From assembly GCA_002633005.1 (NCBI GenBank), contig NMRA01000190.1, positions 1-64,000 of the forward strand: 64,000 nt of DNA, written 5' to 3'. This document shows positions 35,401 to 49,600 of this stretch, piece after piece (the first letter of the stretch is position 1; each line of letters starts with the position of its first letter). The position numbers and the translations under genes are program-made. The notes under the pieces were generated by a model. The model made no database searches. It was given only the letters and a program-made list of their open reading frames with translations, and was not told the DNA's origin. The DNA is from Phoronis australis (lineage: Eukaryota; Animalia; Phoronida).

Positions 35401-38151
35401 AATTACAGATAAACAGTTTAATTCATTAGCAATAATAATTTCGCATACCTGACAGGCTAAAAAGTATTTTTTAATTTTAAAAAACAAGAGTGTTATCAAA
35501 ATTCTACCTTATAAATACAAAGGTTTTAGAATATGGATTCCTCACACTTGCCGTGGATAATTTAGTCAAGCATTCATCCAAAATTATACATTTTTAAATA
35601 TTATAATTAATTTGACCTTTGGTGCCGTTTGATACGTTAACATCCTTCAGTAAAAATTCAGAATGTAGTGACATTTAGGAAAAATGCGATAAACTACTCC
35701 AAGCATCTATCCGAAATTAGCGGAAAAAGGGTTTTTGATAGATGAAAAATGGGCAAACATGTATCACGTACTGTAGATAGCTCATCACATTGTTTGCAGT
35801 GTGGGACTTTCCATAGAAGTTTAGAACAAAACCGATTTCTTCAGAACGTAAAAGTTAGTGATTTTGATACATGAAGCGTATGTTACCTTTAACGAGAGAC
35901 AGTGGAACCGTCACATTTTTTTACGATTGTTATTTTACTAAAGAAAGTGGACTCTGAAAAATAACAATATTCATGAAGAGACAATATTATTTTGAACACC
36001 TGTTGCATAGTTGTCAACATTCAAGGACGAAAAAACGGAACGACTGGATTGAAAAGCGGAACTTCAGGATAAAAAGCGCGATGTCTGGGTCTAAGCCAAA
36101 ACGTAATTGTAAAATGTTCTCTGCAACACACTAAGACGTACCGACGGTGTTTTTTTTTTTGTTTTTTTTCAACTGGACATGTAACACCCAGAAATGCCCG
36201 ACAGCAGTCTTTTGTTGTTTTTTAATAGTTGAAAGGAAAATTGCGGATGCCGGAAAAACCCATGAAACTTCCCGTTTGTTTCTTGTTAGTCGAGCGGGAA
36301 AATATGGCTATGTCGCGTGGAAAATTACCATATGTCAATTTGGCCGTGCGTCAAAAAGCGAGACATTTAATGGTGTGGCGGGACGGTGGGAAATTTTTTT
36401 AAAGTGATCTGACAATCCGCCAAGAGCGGGGTAATTGGCAAAACTTAATTTCACGGTTATAGGTATGCGATGTCAACATTCCCGTGCTGCCATTATGGCG
36501 TTTTTCCATNAAAGTTACAAGAACACACCTGTTTTTAGAGCCTGAACTCTTCATTTAGGTCAAATGTACTATCCTTCCGTAAAGTACTAACATGATTTTA
36601 ACATCCAAAAATGTCTTGTTGAAAAACTCCTGGCATGGATAATGATAGGTAGTCGAAAGTGGTTCTACGACTGGAGCTGAAAATATACCAGAGATCAAAC
36701 TACTCCTGGCAACCATCCAGTGCTACAGATAGGTGCTTATAAAGAATGACTAGAGTAGTAGTCGGGTTTGTTGACTACTTTTGCCGAGAAATTGATGTTT
36801 GCATGGAACCGTTTCTCAAGAGTTTCGCTTGGTGAACAATAATTACAAAATAAAAATGAAGCCATGAAATTAGCTTGATTTGATAACTAAAACTCTTGAT
36901 CGAAAATCAATCGAGCAGGCGGCCAGAAATTCTCAGCGCAAACTCTCGCGGCTAGTCTTGGGTTCGCAACCCCTAATAATAAAATACATAGGTCACATGC
37001 AGGGGTTGGCATTCCAGGGCTAGAGTTATATAATATTACGAAGGGTTAGGACGACAGACGGAAGGGCCGATATTCCGAAAAGCGACGACTCTTCGGCTCT
37101 TTTTATTTACCATTTTCATACGTAATTTTCGGGAATTTCTTGATTGGAAACGGGTGAAGCTTACTACATGTATATCCAAGATCAGACTGCCTAATTAGGC
37201 TTACTGAACGTGGAAGGTATTTTACTAGTCTTGCAGAAAGTCACTGTCGTAGCTTACCTATGTGCAGACATCTAACCTCGGAATGCGAATGAAAGTCTTC
37301 TAATATTTTTAAAACGTCACCATTTCTTAAGAAATTCAATCGCTGCATAAGTACAAAGTTGCATTTTTACGGGATATGCGCCCACTGTACATTCGAACAC
37401 GCTACGCGCAGAATAATCAAATCTGCCCAAAATAAAAAGGTAAGATCGTCTCCTTAATAGAAACCCGCTGCATGTCATACGAAATAGCACAAAAATTCTT
37501 CAATCGGAACTACGAGAATATAAAGAGGGGGACATAGAAATGCCACAAGTGTCGAGCACAGCAGTAGTCGGATTGATTTGAAGCCCTGCATTATTTTGTT
37601 TTCAGCTCCATCTGCCAAATTTTACAAAGATACTGAAAAGGAATAAGATGCAGCCGTGAACGCAACAACTGACCTCTAGCGTACACCAGAGTAGTCGAGC
37701 CCGTCCAAAAATCCACTTCAGTCGCGGGTTTCACGTCAGGAACACATCTGTCAATTTTCATAATGATCCTTCAAACGGCTTGAAAGATAGAAATACTGAA
37801 GTCCAAAAGCGGACTCGAAATTTTTAAACATGACAATTCAAGCTCGTAGGAAGGCAAAAATTATTGGGGGTCACAAACCACTTCAACACCTCCGCCATCC
37901 GTCCCCAACCCCGCTTCCCCGTTCTCCGGATGCCCCCTTATTTGTACCGAACCCCCCACGCCCGCCATAGGTGGGGGTTTCGGGGCAATTCTCGGGATAC
38001 AGCAATCAGGATTTGAGTAACCGTGAACCAACAATGTTTCACGGAGAGCGAGAACGTGTCTAGGACCAATGCACTGACGGATAGTCTTGTACCTGAGATC
38101 TGACAATGAGAAAATACGAAATTCGATAACTAAAGCTAGTCGCTAGTTAGC

Positions 38152-39343
38152 TCAGCTACAGGTATGGTTCACTTGAGAGAGGCAGCTTAGTTCGTACCTG
38201 TCCATCTGCACTGGCTCAATGGTCAAGATTCGTTTTATTATGATTCAGTTTCAAGAAAAGTTCATTTTATTAATTGTGGCCATTTTTGAAGGTGTGTTTT
38301 GAAAATATGAGGTCCCGAGGTCCCTAGTATAGCGCCTGTGTGGTTGTTTCAAAATCTCTTGTTGAAACACGACCGGAAGTCCAGTTTCTGGTGGCTGGGG
38401 AAAATGTGCACACTTCAACACATGGAGTTCAAATTTAGTTCCCGTGGATCACTGAGATTCTGTGCGGGCGTACTGCATGGTTACACCATTTTTAACGCAG
38501 GTGCGTCAGTCATGTTGTGCTCCATCTGTATAGTATGCACGGGAATGACAAAAAATGATTCAGTTTTGAAGAACAAAAATTCATTGCGCAATACTATTGG
38601 AAACTAAAAACATCAAGGAAATGCAAAGACCACGTTAGCCTTTCCAAGCTACATGTAATAAGCAATGAGTTTAATTTTATTTATTTCAGGACTTAAGCTT
38701 CTTTTTCGGTCTACGGTTTGTGAATTTAAACCACTAAAGTAGTTCTTATGTCANTCAGCTATGGTTCACTTGAGAGAGGCAACTTAGTTCGTACCTGTCC
38801 ATCTGCACTGGCTCAATGGTCAAGATTCGTTTTATTATGATTCAGTTTCAAGAAAAGTTCATTTTATTGTGGCCATTTTTGAAGGTGTGTTTTGAAAATG
38901 TGGGGTCCCGAGGTCCCTAGTATAGCGCCTGTGTGGTTGTTTCAAAATCTCTTGTTGAAACACGACCGGAAGTCCAGTTTCTGGTGGCTGGCGAAAATGT
39001 GCACACTTCAACACATGGAGTTCAAATTTAGTTCCCGTGGATCACTGAGATTCTGTGCGGGCGTACTGCATGGTTACACCATTTTTAACGCAGGTGCGTC
39101 AGTCATGTTGTGCTCCATCTGTATAGTATGCACGGGAATGACAAAAAATGATTCAGTTTTGAAGAACAAAAATTCATTGCGCAATACTATTGGAAACTAA
39201 AAACATCAAGGAAATGCAAAGACCACGTTAGCCTTTCCAAGCTACATGTAATAAGCAATGAGTTTAATTTTATTTATATCAGGACTTAAGCTTCTTTTTC
39301 GGTCTACGGTTTGTGAATTTAAACCACTAAAGTAGTTATGTCA
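38152..39343. repeat. ~590-bp tandem duplication split by a single N at 38754 (probable assembly artefact)
   Basis: 38152-38753 versus 38755-39343 are near-identical. Confidence 0.85.
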
Positions 39344-39894
39344 ATAAACAATTTATTGTCATTTGAATTGTGAGAACATCTTGGGACACTTTGTAGAGCT
39401 GTCCGATAAATATTCTTGAGGCTTATTTCAGATAGACAAAAAAACGTTTGGATAAGTGAATTATGCTATTTGTGGATCCCATGATAGACTGAATTTTTCC
39501 AATGTCATTATTCAACTTATTTCAGTGAAGCATCGTCATGTTTTACAAGATTAGCTTCAAATTGTCAAAAAAACATCTATCAATCAGTCAATTTTCGTAG
39601 ATACATTAGAAACCAACAATCGATTTCACGGGCAACGCGTTTACCTTGATTTAATGACCAAATTCGGTTTTGATCTCCTGTTTTGAGGTAAATCGACAAA
39701 TCTTGTACCTAAGTCAAAAAGCAATGCATTCATTGTCATTTGAATTGTGAGTAAATTTTATCAGTTAATGTCTGAGAGTTATTTTAGATACAAGGTAAAT
39801 AAGTGTACTTTACTATTTGGGGATCGAATTATAGTTTTTTCAACTTCAGGCTGCAACTAAACTTACTGAAACATCGTCATTTCTTACACGATCT

Positions 39895-41280
39895 AATAGT
39901 CAAAAATAATCTATGAATTTGTCGATTTTCGTAGATACATAAACATGTAAATCAGAAACTAACGTTTATCAAAACGGAATATTATAATTTCCGCGTGCTC
40001 GCAAATTTTTGACGGGTAACCGGGGAAACATGGGAGATGGGACAGTAGTATTAAGGCGTACTTTTGATGTATACCGGTTCACAAGTTAAACTTGAACTCC
40101 AAAAAGGTTAAATCTTTGTTTATGATTGCGAGTATTTAGAGTACCCCCTTCGACAGGTACACGGTGATCACAAATCGTAACCCCGAGAGTCTTTTCGACA
40201 TGTGCCAATTCCTCACAAACAACTACCACATGTAGTAACAATATACTTGTGACACAACGGTAAAAAGTAAGTAAACATTATTTTATAACTAACCATAGGA
40301 ATTAGTCCGTTTGTTTAATTTACAAATAATGGTTTTCGCGTTCTTCAAAATTCCAGCTTTTCGATGGCGGTCAATCCTATTGTATTTTTCACATTGTTGG
40401 TTGTTCGGGTCGAATGTCTTGATACTGCTGTGATGTTCACGAATGTTGTGTGTTTTTGATGAATTTGAAAACTTAAATTCCCCTCGTGAATATTTGGTAG
40501 TGTCAGATTTACAAGTATAGAGTGACAACGGGAAAATTCCCCGAACCGCCCCACCGAGAGAGGGTGCCGTCTGAAATGGGACACCTTAAGATGAAAGACT
40601 AAACATCATTAAGCTTGGAAAAGAGCGACAGTTCATCGTCATGTGACCCTTCTTCAACATGAAAGCCGGTTGTACGATTTCACATAAAACGGGAAAATAG
40701 ATGTAATCGATTCCAATAATGAGCCCTCTCTCCGTGAGCGACCCCTTAAGAATTTGTCAATAAAACACGAAAAGTGTGGCCACTTGAATGTCATCAATGG
40801 CCCCCTTCAAGGTCTGGGCCCGGATAAAAAGATCCATTATATCAAAGATCAGGAAATGCGCAGCAATTGATGTTCTATGTCAGGTCATCATTTTTTCCTA
40901 AGTAATGTATAATTTCGAGAAAATAACCGAAATATTAAAGCGACAGTTGTTTCCGTTATCCGTTGCCAGAGAGGGGCCTCTGGAAAAATATAGTTTTACT
41001 TTGGGAAAATGGTTTTATCGAATTTTCACGATTTTTGAAGAGGTGTATGAATGATTATGTACACGTTTTCGGGTGCGCTTAGACGATGCTACAAAAACGG
41101 AAACCTAACAACGTCTTGGCCAGGGCCCTCAAAGGGTAAACCATGCACTGATTGTCATGTTCTCTTGAATTTTCTCTCTTATCCGTATTCGCAGTTTTTC
41201 TTTTCTCGACTGTCCCCGGCGGCACGCCTATGTCGGTTGCCACGGTTCAGCCCTGACGCCTGCAAATTTGGGGGGGGGCA
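39895..41280 (+). repeat. ~1.4-kb dispersed repeat, copy A (non-autonomous TE segment)
   Basis: Colinear with 55790-57190 (shared e.g. ATTTTCGTAGATACATAAACA, CACCTTAAGATGAAAG.CTAAACATCATTAAGCTTGGAA, TCTCTTATCCGTATT). Preceded by related internal repeats at ~39355-39620 and ~39730-39960. Confidence 0.85.
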
Positions 41281-41892
41281 CGAGCAGCGGGCGGCGGTCA
41301 CTCAAAGATGACGCAGTATACGCCCATATACGTACATCTGCGAGCACAAAACTGAGTTTTGAAACAGCTTTTTAGACAGCGTTCCAATTCTTGATCCCAG
41401 AACCGCACTCTCTCAAAAAGTATCCCAGCAATGCAAGACCCCAATAAGGTGGTCTTTTTATCAAACTGGAATCTATAATAAGGTAAATCTTGATTTTAGG
41501 CTTGAATTTCGCTTTCGAAAATAAAAGAAACTATAACCAAAGTTTCTACACGACGTTCTATCTACTCACATAGAAGCGACGTCGTTTCTTCTCGGTATTT
41601 CTACGGATTTCCCTGCCCACGATAGGAGCTTCAAAAGTATAAATCTAATCAACGGAATACATTTTTCAAGAGGGGGGTTCGGCCACACATAACCAGATGC
41701 CAGACATTATCTATGACATTACCTCTCTAAACATTCAGAAACTACAAATATACTGTAATAATGAAAATTATTAAACCAGATGAGATACAAAATTAAACAA
41801 AATGAGAAAACGTAGGATAAGAATTTATTTATTTCCTGTGAGTACATGACATATGAATTTGTATTTGAAAACACTGATTGCACCTGATGCAA

Positions 41893-42005
41893 CTTAGTAC
41901 ATATTATAGAAAACAATTTAGTACATATTATAGAAAACAATTTAGTACATATTATAGACAATAATTTAGTACATATTATAGAAAACAATTTAGTACATAT
42001 TATAG
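41893..42005. repeat. 24-bp tandem minisatellite (~4.7 copies)
   Basis: Unit TTAGTACATATTATAGAAAACAAT. Confidence 0.92.
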
Positions 42006-42229
42006 CTAACGAAAACAATAGTGTAATTTATAAACAAACAGGCCATACAATATCAAACTGACATTTATACTTCTAGTGAAACTTCATAACTTTTTCCCCA
42101 ACACATAAAGTATCTACACTTTTTCTTGTGTGAAAGGATGGGGTAATTTATGGTGTCTACAGAACAGACTCACTTGTAAAGCACATTAAGGTAACATAAT
42201 TATTACTGTGAAGACTTATAAAATATTAA

Positions 42230-42670
42230 GACAACATCGGTACTGAAACACTAGCTCCTGTATGCCATTCCTGGGTGCGATACCCCATGCAGTGTTTACA
42301 ATTTGGGCAAGAAAGCAGCAACCTTATTGGGACCAAAATTGACAGTTCCAAGGTTAGGCAAAGACTTTCATGAGCTGAGGAGTCAATGAAGATGACACCA
42401 ATTCTTCGGGTCAAACACTCCTCATTTGTTTGCACAATGGCAACCCCAACATGCCATCAATGTTCTCAAGTCTGAGAAATAGTGCAGTGAAAGTTCATCC
42501 TGGTACCCTTCCTCCTAACTCAGCTTAGGCAAATACTATGGCTAGATCTACATTTTACTGTTAGCTACAGGAATGGTGAGGAAAGTCACAGCAGGAAACT
42601 TGTTGCCAAACATGAGCAATCTTCAACCTGCTCCTCAGAAATTCCTGGAAGTTGTTTGCTGTTGCTTTAA
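42230..42670 (+). mobile_element. Academ transposase fragment (XPG/PIN-like region)
   Basis: LLYAIPGCDTPCSVYNLGKK (compare HAxxGCDTTSxxxGxGK), VHPGTLPPNSA (LPPT) and PAPQKFLEVVCC. Confidence 0.6.
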
Positions 42671-43537
42671 TACAAAAGGCTATCTTCTCTAAAGGGAAAT
42701 ATCAGTAGCATTTTCTAGAAAAGCAGACTTCTGCATTTTGAACGGATTTCTACGTTTTTATGTAGATACTTTTCTAGGACGTTTTGCTTGTTTCTAATTG
42801 CATGGACCATGACTATTAAAATTGTTTTACTGAAATCCTCATGCAGCATACAAACGTGACTTGATTTTGAACAAGACATGTAGTGCGAGATCACCATTCA
42901 TTTAAGTGTACTCTTCAGCCGATTTTCCTCAGTCACAAAAATCAAATTACTCAACCACAACTATGTGTCTCAAACCTTTCCCTACAGTGATGGAAAAGAA
43001 TTACCACACCAAACCAGATCGTCCAACAGCTTGGCAACCAGAAGTGGAGTGCCAATGTAGTAGTACGTCAGTTTCGACAGGGTTGGCCAACTCTTCCCAA
43101 ATTAGACTGCTCCACTTTAATTGCTGGTGGTACAGTTGAAGACAAAAGTAATTGAACAAAATGTCATTTTCCCATCATGGCGGATAATTATGTTGACAGC
43201 AAAAATGATGGGGATTTCCGGTGTCATTTTGTCTGAACACATTTGGCCCTTATTGTAAATATTTCTTTGTTTTCATGCTAGAAATCATTGCTTTGATTTC
43301 AAGGAAATTTTGAGACCAAATTACTAATCAAACTACTTCTTCATTTCCACGTTATGGGTGCAAAAACCTTTTTAATTGTTCCACTGACGAATCACCATTT
43401 CAGGTAACCTTGAAGTTAAAGTACAGATTTGGTTTCATTGTTATGGTTCCGTAGCTAAATACAAGAAGTAGATGAAAAACTGTCAAAGGTCCTTAACTGG
43501 TCTAGTCTTCCTTGGCTGGTACCAAGTTATTCTTGTA

Positions 43538-43641
43538 TCAAATGTCATCATAGTTAACGCCCACCTGCCGCAGAGCCTCCTCCATAATAGACATAACTAG
43601 CAGGGAATTCTCATGGGTCACTAGAGGATTCTCCAATTCCC
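43538..43641 (-). CDS. DHDH: DHDH exon 7 ([34 protein letters not shown])
   Basis: TGTAG| acceptor, TGA at 43540-43538, 104 nt. Confidence 0.92.
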
Positions 43642-46600
43642 CTACAAAAAGGAAGAGCAAAGAAGTGTAATGTCCATCTTACACAGCCCCAAGTTTCTAC
43701 TAAGACTCCTAAGTCAGGTCTAACTTTTGTACTCAATATCAAACTTGAAATTGATGTCAGCATTTCTTGTTCTACTATTTAACAATCTTGAGACAAGTGT
43801 CTATTCTTCAATGCTCAAGTACGTTATGGTTTTTTGCATAAGCATTATTTTCTAGTCCAAGTTCACACTCTGTGGCCCCTAGATTCAAGCTAAAACTTAG
43901 AGTAAAAACTTGAGATTTTGAGTAAAAACTCGAAATTTCAAGTACGGACTTGAATATTTAGCCTTAATGCTGGGGTCAATAAGTGTTAACTAGGATTAGA
44001 CAGCTATTTAAGTGAGCCATTATGTACTGGAGCAATAATAAACAACCATCTTGCGTTACCACAAAATTATAGAAAACGACAAACATAATTTCAAGTTTGA
44101 GTTCGAGTAAAAAGGTTAGACTCCAGGCCTAAGTGAGTTACTTTGATATTGAATTCTAAGCTTGAATTAATTAACTAAGGTGGTGACCCTCTCTCTTGGT
44201 TTGAGTGACAGCAATCAAGTTTCTGATACTTTCTAACTGCGAATTTTTAACCTTAGAAACCATCAACATTTGGCTAAGATTGGAAGATCATGCCTCAGAA
44301 ATGGCTGATCGGGTCATTGAAAGGAAACTTTCTGATATGATGATTGATGTTCTCCAAAATGCTGCCTCACTTCTACATAATTGATACCTTAAAAGATGCT
44401 AGGATTTGTAGAATATTAATGAAAAAATCAAGAAAGTTGCATAAAACGAAAAAAAAATGATAATTTTGAAAACAGTAATGGTGATTCCACGATTTTGTGT
44501 GCATTCTTGCATCAAAAGTTTGATCGGGTTATTGATAGCATTCTTTCTTATACAATTTTATCATAAAGATAAGGCCACGTGACCCAATCAATAGCAGCTT
44601 CGTACTGATGAAAAGTGAAAACAGGCTTTCTACTTCCTAAAAATATACATTTTTACTTGGTTGAATTCTGTTATCAAAATGCAAAGTTGCTGCTCAAGTT
44701 ACTCATAAACTTAAGACAAACTTAAATACTATCGACTGTTTGTGGGTTTGGTGATTGATGAAGTGAAATTAATGAGTCTAGATACCAGGATTTTAAAGCA
44801 GTTATAAACCAAGGTTTCATTCAAACAAATGAATTTTTGATTTTGACCATTTAATGCTATAATATTGGTCTCAACTTGTCCCTTCCTCAGATGAAAAGTG
44901 AAGGCGATTGTGTAGTACAAGCAGTGTGGGAGAGAACATTTTGAATGAATACTACGGTATGTGGATGAAACAACAATGAGAATAAACATTCACAATTTGA
45001 CTGAACAAACAACTAAAAGCTGACATACTGTTGAGTCAATTGACGGGAAGGGCACATAAATTGAATAAACTTTAAACTCTAAAAAAGCTGACCTTTTAGC
45101 AGACTGTCGCGTACTGCACTAGCCTGATAAGCGAATCCTGCAGAGTTTCTGAAATTCCACTTTGTCGTAGTCTCCGTCAGTGGATATTCATACACCTTCC
45201 CATTAATACAGCACTTGACAGGACTGTGACTTGGATTATCAACCTGTAAGGGATTCAGTGCAAGCTCAGTGGTCTAATTATTTCCAAAACACATTCTTTC
45301 AAAAGGAGAAAAATTGGATCTCTCCATCCATTCCATGTTTCAGTAAGCCTTTATTGTTACATTAAAATGGTGCTTAGTTGCTCCATATGCAATAAGTGAC
45401 CCTCAGTATAACATCTGTTCTACGCCTTTTCAACTTGTTGCATGCTAAGTATTAAATAGCAAGTGGTGACTGATGGACAATTAAGCATGGCACAAACAGG
45501 TATCCAAACTGGTGAGCTTGCAGACACAAGATGACACCTTAAAGGTATACCCCCACGGTTAAGTGCTAAAAAATAATGATTTGTCAAGCTGTATATCAGA
45601 AAGGCAAACATATTTAGACCAGCATCAAAGCTGGCTACTGCAACGCTTTCTCTAATAACAGACATCGGTCACTCATCCTATGACATCATTCCCAGACATC
45701 CAGTTCAAGCAGGCAGTGTGAGCTAATGTGGGTATTGTGATTCAGTTTTCTCTTAACTGACTGATGGACGGTTGTGAACGTAACAGATAGTGTGTTGATT
45801 CATTATGTTTGTTTTAGGAACCGAATTCCAGGATAAAACTAATTCTTTATTTGAAAATAGTGTCGTCTATGGTAAAATCTCACCAATTCTGGACAAAAAC
45901 TGCCAAAAATTTGATCTTTCTGAATTTTTCAAAGGCTTCTAAAATGTTTCCAAATGCCAAGTTTCTCGCAGCATTGCCTGGTGATAACTATGGTATAGGA
46001 ATCAAAATTAACAGGAATTTATTAGACCTTACCATAGATTATAGACAACAGATTCACAACTTCGATATTTTCTTGCGTACTACCCTAGAGGAGGCGACAC
46101 TCTCCTAAATTATCTGTTTCAGTTTCAGGTTAGTATATTGTGACGAGACAACAGCCGACCATGATTAGCAGATGATGTAATTGCCAGAAATAAAACCTGC
46201 TAATTTAGCCATGTGTCCCTAGTGAATAAATGACGTCATTGCTTCTGTAACAGTCCAGATTTCATCCACTGGAAGTATACGGAGTTGGCGGTCTATACAC
46301 TATAGTCTATCGCGTTACTTATCTTTTATAAAAAATTCATACAACATAAAAAATGTACCTTGTCTACCATAGTATATCACAGTACGCCATGAATTGGCCA
46401 GGACTTTGCCTGACCTCTGAGCACAACTCACATTGTAGTGAGTGATTGGGCTTCATGCACTTCTGATTCTATTCTAAGTCTCGATGACACTTAAAAAGTG
46501 AGAAATATCCAGGAGTATACCTTCAAACACTGCAAGCCTTAGCTGACCGCCATCACATCAAACAATAATAGCAAGCTAAAGCAACACATAAAATTGTAAT

Positions 46601-49600
46601 GATGATATCATCATGATACCAGTAATCAGTTTATCTTCCAAAAGTATGAGAGATAGCTTGTTCACCAGAAACAATTCCAAGATCTTTAACTGAACTGTCT
46701 CTAAAATGAACAGTGTGTCACACTGAACAATCAAATCTTTTATTCTCCTAAGCACATCAGTACATGTACAAAGCCCCGTTTCACAAAAGCAACTAATTGT
46801 TTTACCCAAGGCCTAGAGCAACAGTGTTAAACTAGGTTGACAGGGGATGATAGTACTTTGTTGAATGTGATTGGAGTCAAGTGAATGCTCACAGATTGGG
46901 AATTCTTGGCAAAACAGGATTTTGCACCTTTTATCCCACAAAACTGCTGATAGATTGAACATACCGGGGTAACAGTGCAACAGAGTCCGTGCACAGTTGT
47001 CTGATCAATCTAATGCTATAAACTGAATTAAAAACTAATTTTTTCAATGAAACAGATCAAACCTACCGTGATGGAACCGCGTGTGCCACTAATGACAGTG
47101 GTGTTTGAACCTTGAACCACGAACGAGGAAGTCAGCACAGCCATTCGGTTACCCTTGTAGAGAAGAGTCACGCATAAAGTCTCGTCAACACCTGTTAAGC
47201 AAGAAGAAAACTTGTATTACAGTAAAAATTCTACAATTTGGGACAGTCTCTAGAATTTGAGACATGGAAACTCCAGCGAAAAATAAGGTTTCTTTATTCT
47301 GGAATTTGGGAAAAGGATGATTTTGGCATTCAGAATATTTCTCGAATTTCAGACACTGTGTTTTAATCTACAGAGTTGGTAATTTTGCTATCAGTCAGGT
47401 GATTCTTGAATTTGATACAGCCAATACAGCTTACTTCCTGAATTTGGGACAAATTCCAATCTCGTGCAAAATAATCAAACTTTCACCATCCCAAATTATA
47501 GAATTTTTATAGCAGCATTAAGAGACAGTTTGATCATGAACTGGCTTCGGAACCTCAGGTGAATGCTTCTCTGGACTTGCAATAATTTTGTTTTAAAAGC
47601 TTTTGCTCAGCTGAATGCCCAACTCTTGATGTGTATATTTCTCTGATTTGCTGACCTCAGGGTTAATATGGCAAACACAGCGTGATGCATAATCAATGAA
47701 CTGTCAAAATTCTAAGAACACATACATTAATTAAGTCAACCGTCACACCTAGACAAAAACACAATTTGCAACTTATAAAACAACAGGAAAGCAAAAAGTT
47801 GAAACTACATGAAATTACTAAAAGAACATGTCAGAGATAATCAAACAGGTTGAATTCCGTTTGCATGCTGTCCCCATGACATGAAATTTGTGATTACGTC
47901 TAGTTTGTGATCAGAATTAGGTTTACACGAACAACAACTAACAAAATGGGCATCTTCTATCCTTTATTATATATACTTTGAAAATTGATACCTGAATGAC
48001 TATGGAGAAATCCAGTGGCTACAATCTTTTCAGGTTTCTCGTGGTCAAACACCATGCAGGCATATTGCACAGGATATATGCCTAAATCTAGCATAGAACC
48101 ACCAGCCATCTTCTTGTCGTACAAACGTTGGATATGCGAGGCCGCAATGCAGTGGTCAGAGGTAAACAACTTGACTTCACCAAGATTTCCAGCAGAGAGC
48201 TCTTGCCGGATTTTCTCATTCACAGGAAAAAAGCGTGACCACAGACCCTGAATAAATGTTAAATAACTGCGACATCTTTCTCAAGTAAAGCGCAACACAC
48301 ACACCCAAATAAATTCAATAAATTTGCAATCTTTTCGCATCTCTAACCTGTTTCCAGTGATCACTCTGTCTTCCATGTACGTTAAGGATCTCATAGTAGA
48401 CAAGCAAAACTGAAGCATGCACACACCAAGGGGGAATCGAGCAGCTCAAATAAGCTCCCCCTCCCCATTGGCAAAGTGGGCAAAAAGGATTGCCCCAGAG
48501 AACAAAAACTCTGAAAAAGTAGAAAACAAGACAAAAGTCCACTAAAAAGGCAGGAATTCGGCGAATGCACAATTCATAGCTCTGAACGTACCCATTTTTT
48601 TTTGGATTTTTTAGTAAAAGGTCCAAATTCAGGTTGTAGCCAAGATGTCAATTCAAAAAATTCAAACTTCAGTGTTTAGACTATACTGTTTTTGCTACTG
48701 ATTCAATGTTTTTAAATCAAATTACACATATTGACCTTTTGCACGAAATCATCAACCCAGGTAAGTCACTGCAGGGAAACAACTTCCTAAAATCCTCACT
48801 TTTCTTTTGAGATGGTAAAAAGTAAGGATGGGCATGAGAGATAATTATTTTTTATTCCACACCTGTTGGTAATCAGGAAAACTATTTTTATGCGTTAAAG
48901 AGCTCTAATGAAAATTCGAAATTATGAAGTAAACGTGACTATCCTTAATATAAAATTGAATTATCAAATAAAGTTTAAAACATTATTAAACATCATTGTA
49001 ATAAAAGTGCATTCTAATTATTTATTTTTTACAATAGGACTTGCCCTAAGCTTATACAGACTTGTCTGAGCCATGTTGCTGATAGTTTTGATCCATGCCC
49101 ATCTTAATAACAAAGGTGCTGCCTTAAAAGTATTAGTAACAGGACTTCAGTATCCTCTGATAAAAAAGCATGAAGCAGACAATTTGTTCAGCATGGTTTA
49201 GTTAACGGCATTGTCTTGTGGCATTCGAATTCTGATCAAAAATAGCAGTGCTGTCTCGCAGCGTTATGGCAGGCATTAAATTACATTAAATTTGGGATTA
49301 TGTTTTAGGAATATGCAGAGCTAAGACAATTATCAAATGTTGGTCCTTAGTTATCAGCTTGATTAGCTTTTCTCCTAGTTTTTATATACTTTCTTCTTGT
49401 CAATTTTACCAGAGGCATTACATTAAGGTCGCACTACGGTTCAAGCAGATACATGTACAAGTATGAATTTCTTGATCCGTGATGGCATTTTTTTGGAGTT
49501 TCAGAGAACTTTCCAACAGATCTTTGTTCCTCTCCCAGTTGCTTCAGGTATTCAACAATTCCCTTTTTTGTTTCTAAATGCTCCTTCAATCTCCTCGAAG

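Noticed and set aside
38152-39343. Duplicated ORFs (38338-38607, 38892-39200) suggesting a tandem gene pair
   Set aside because: The copies are split by a single N and nearly identical, typical of unmerged haplotype overlaps. The peptide has no recognisable domain.
43500-43540. TGA readthrough/selenocysteine extension of DHDH
   Set aside because: The protein is already full length at 333 aa, the extension is short with no targeting motif, and no SECIS was recognised.
44600-44630. Hammerhead-like CTGATGA...GAAA
   Set aside because: No stem II between the motifs and no flanking stems I/III.
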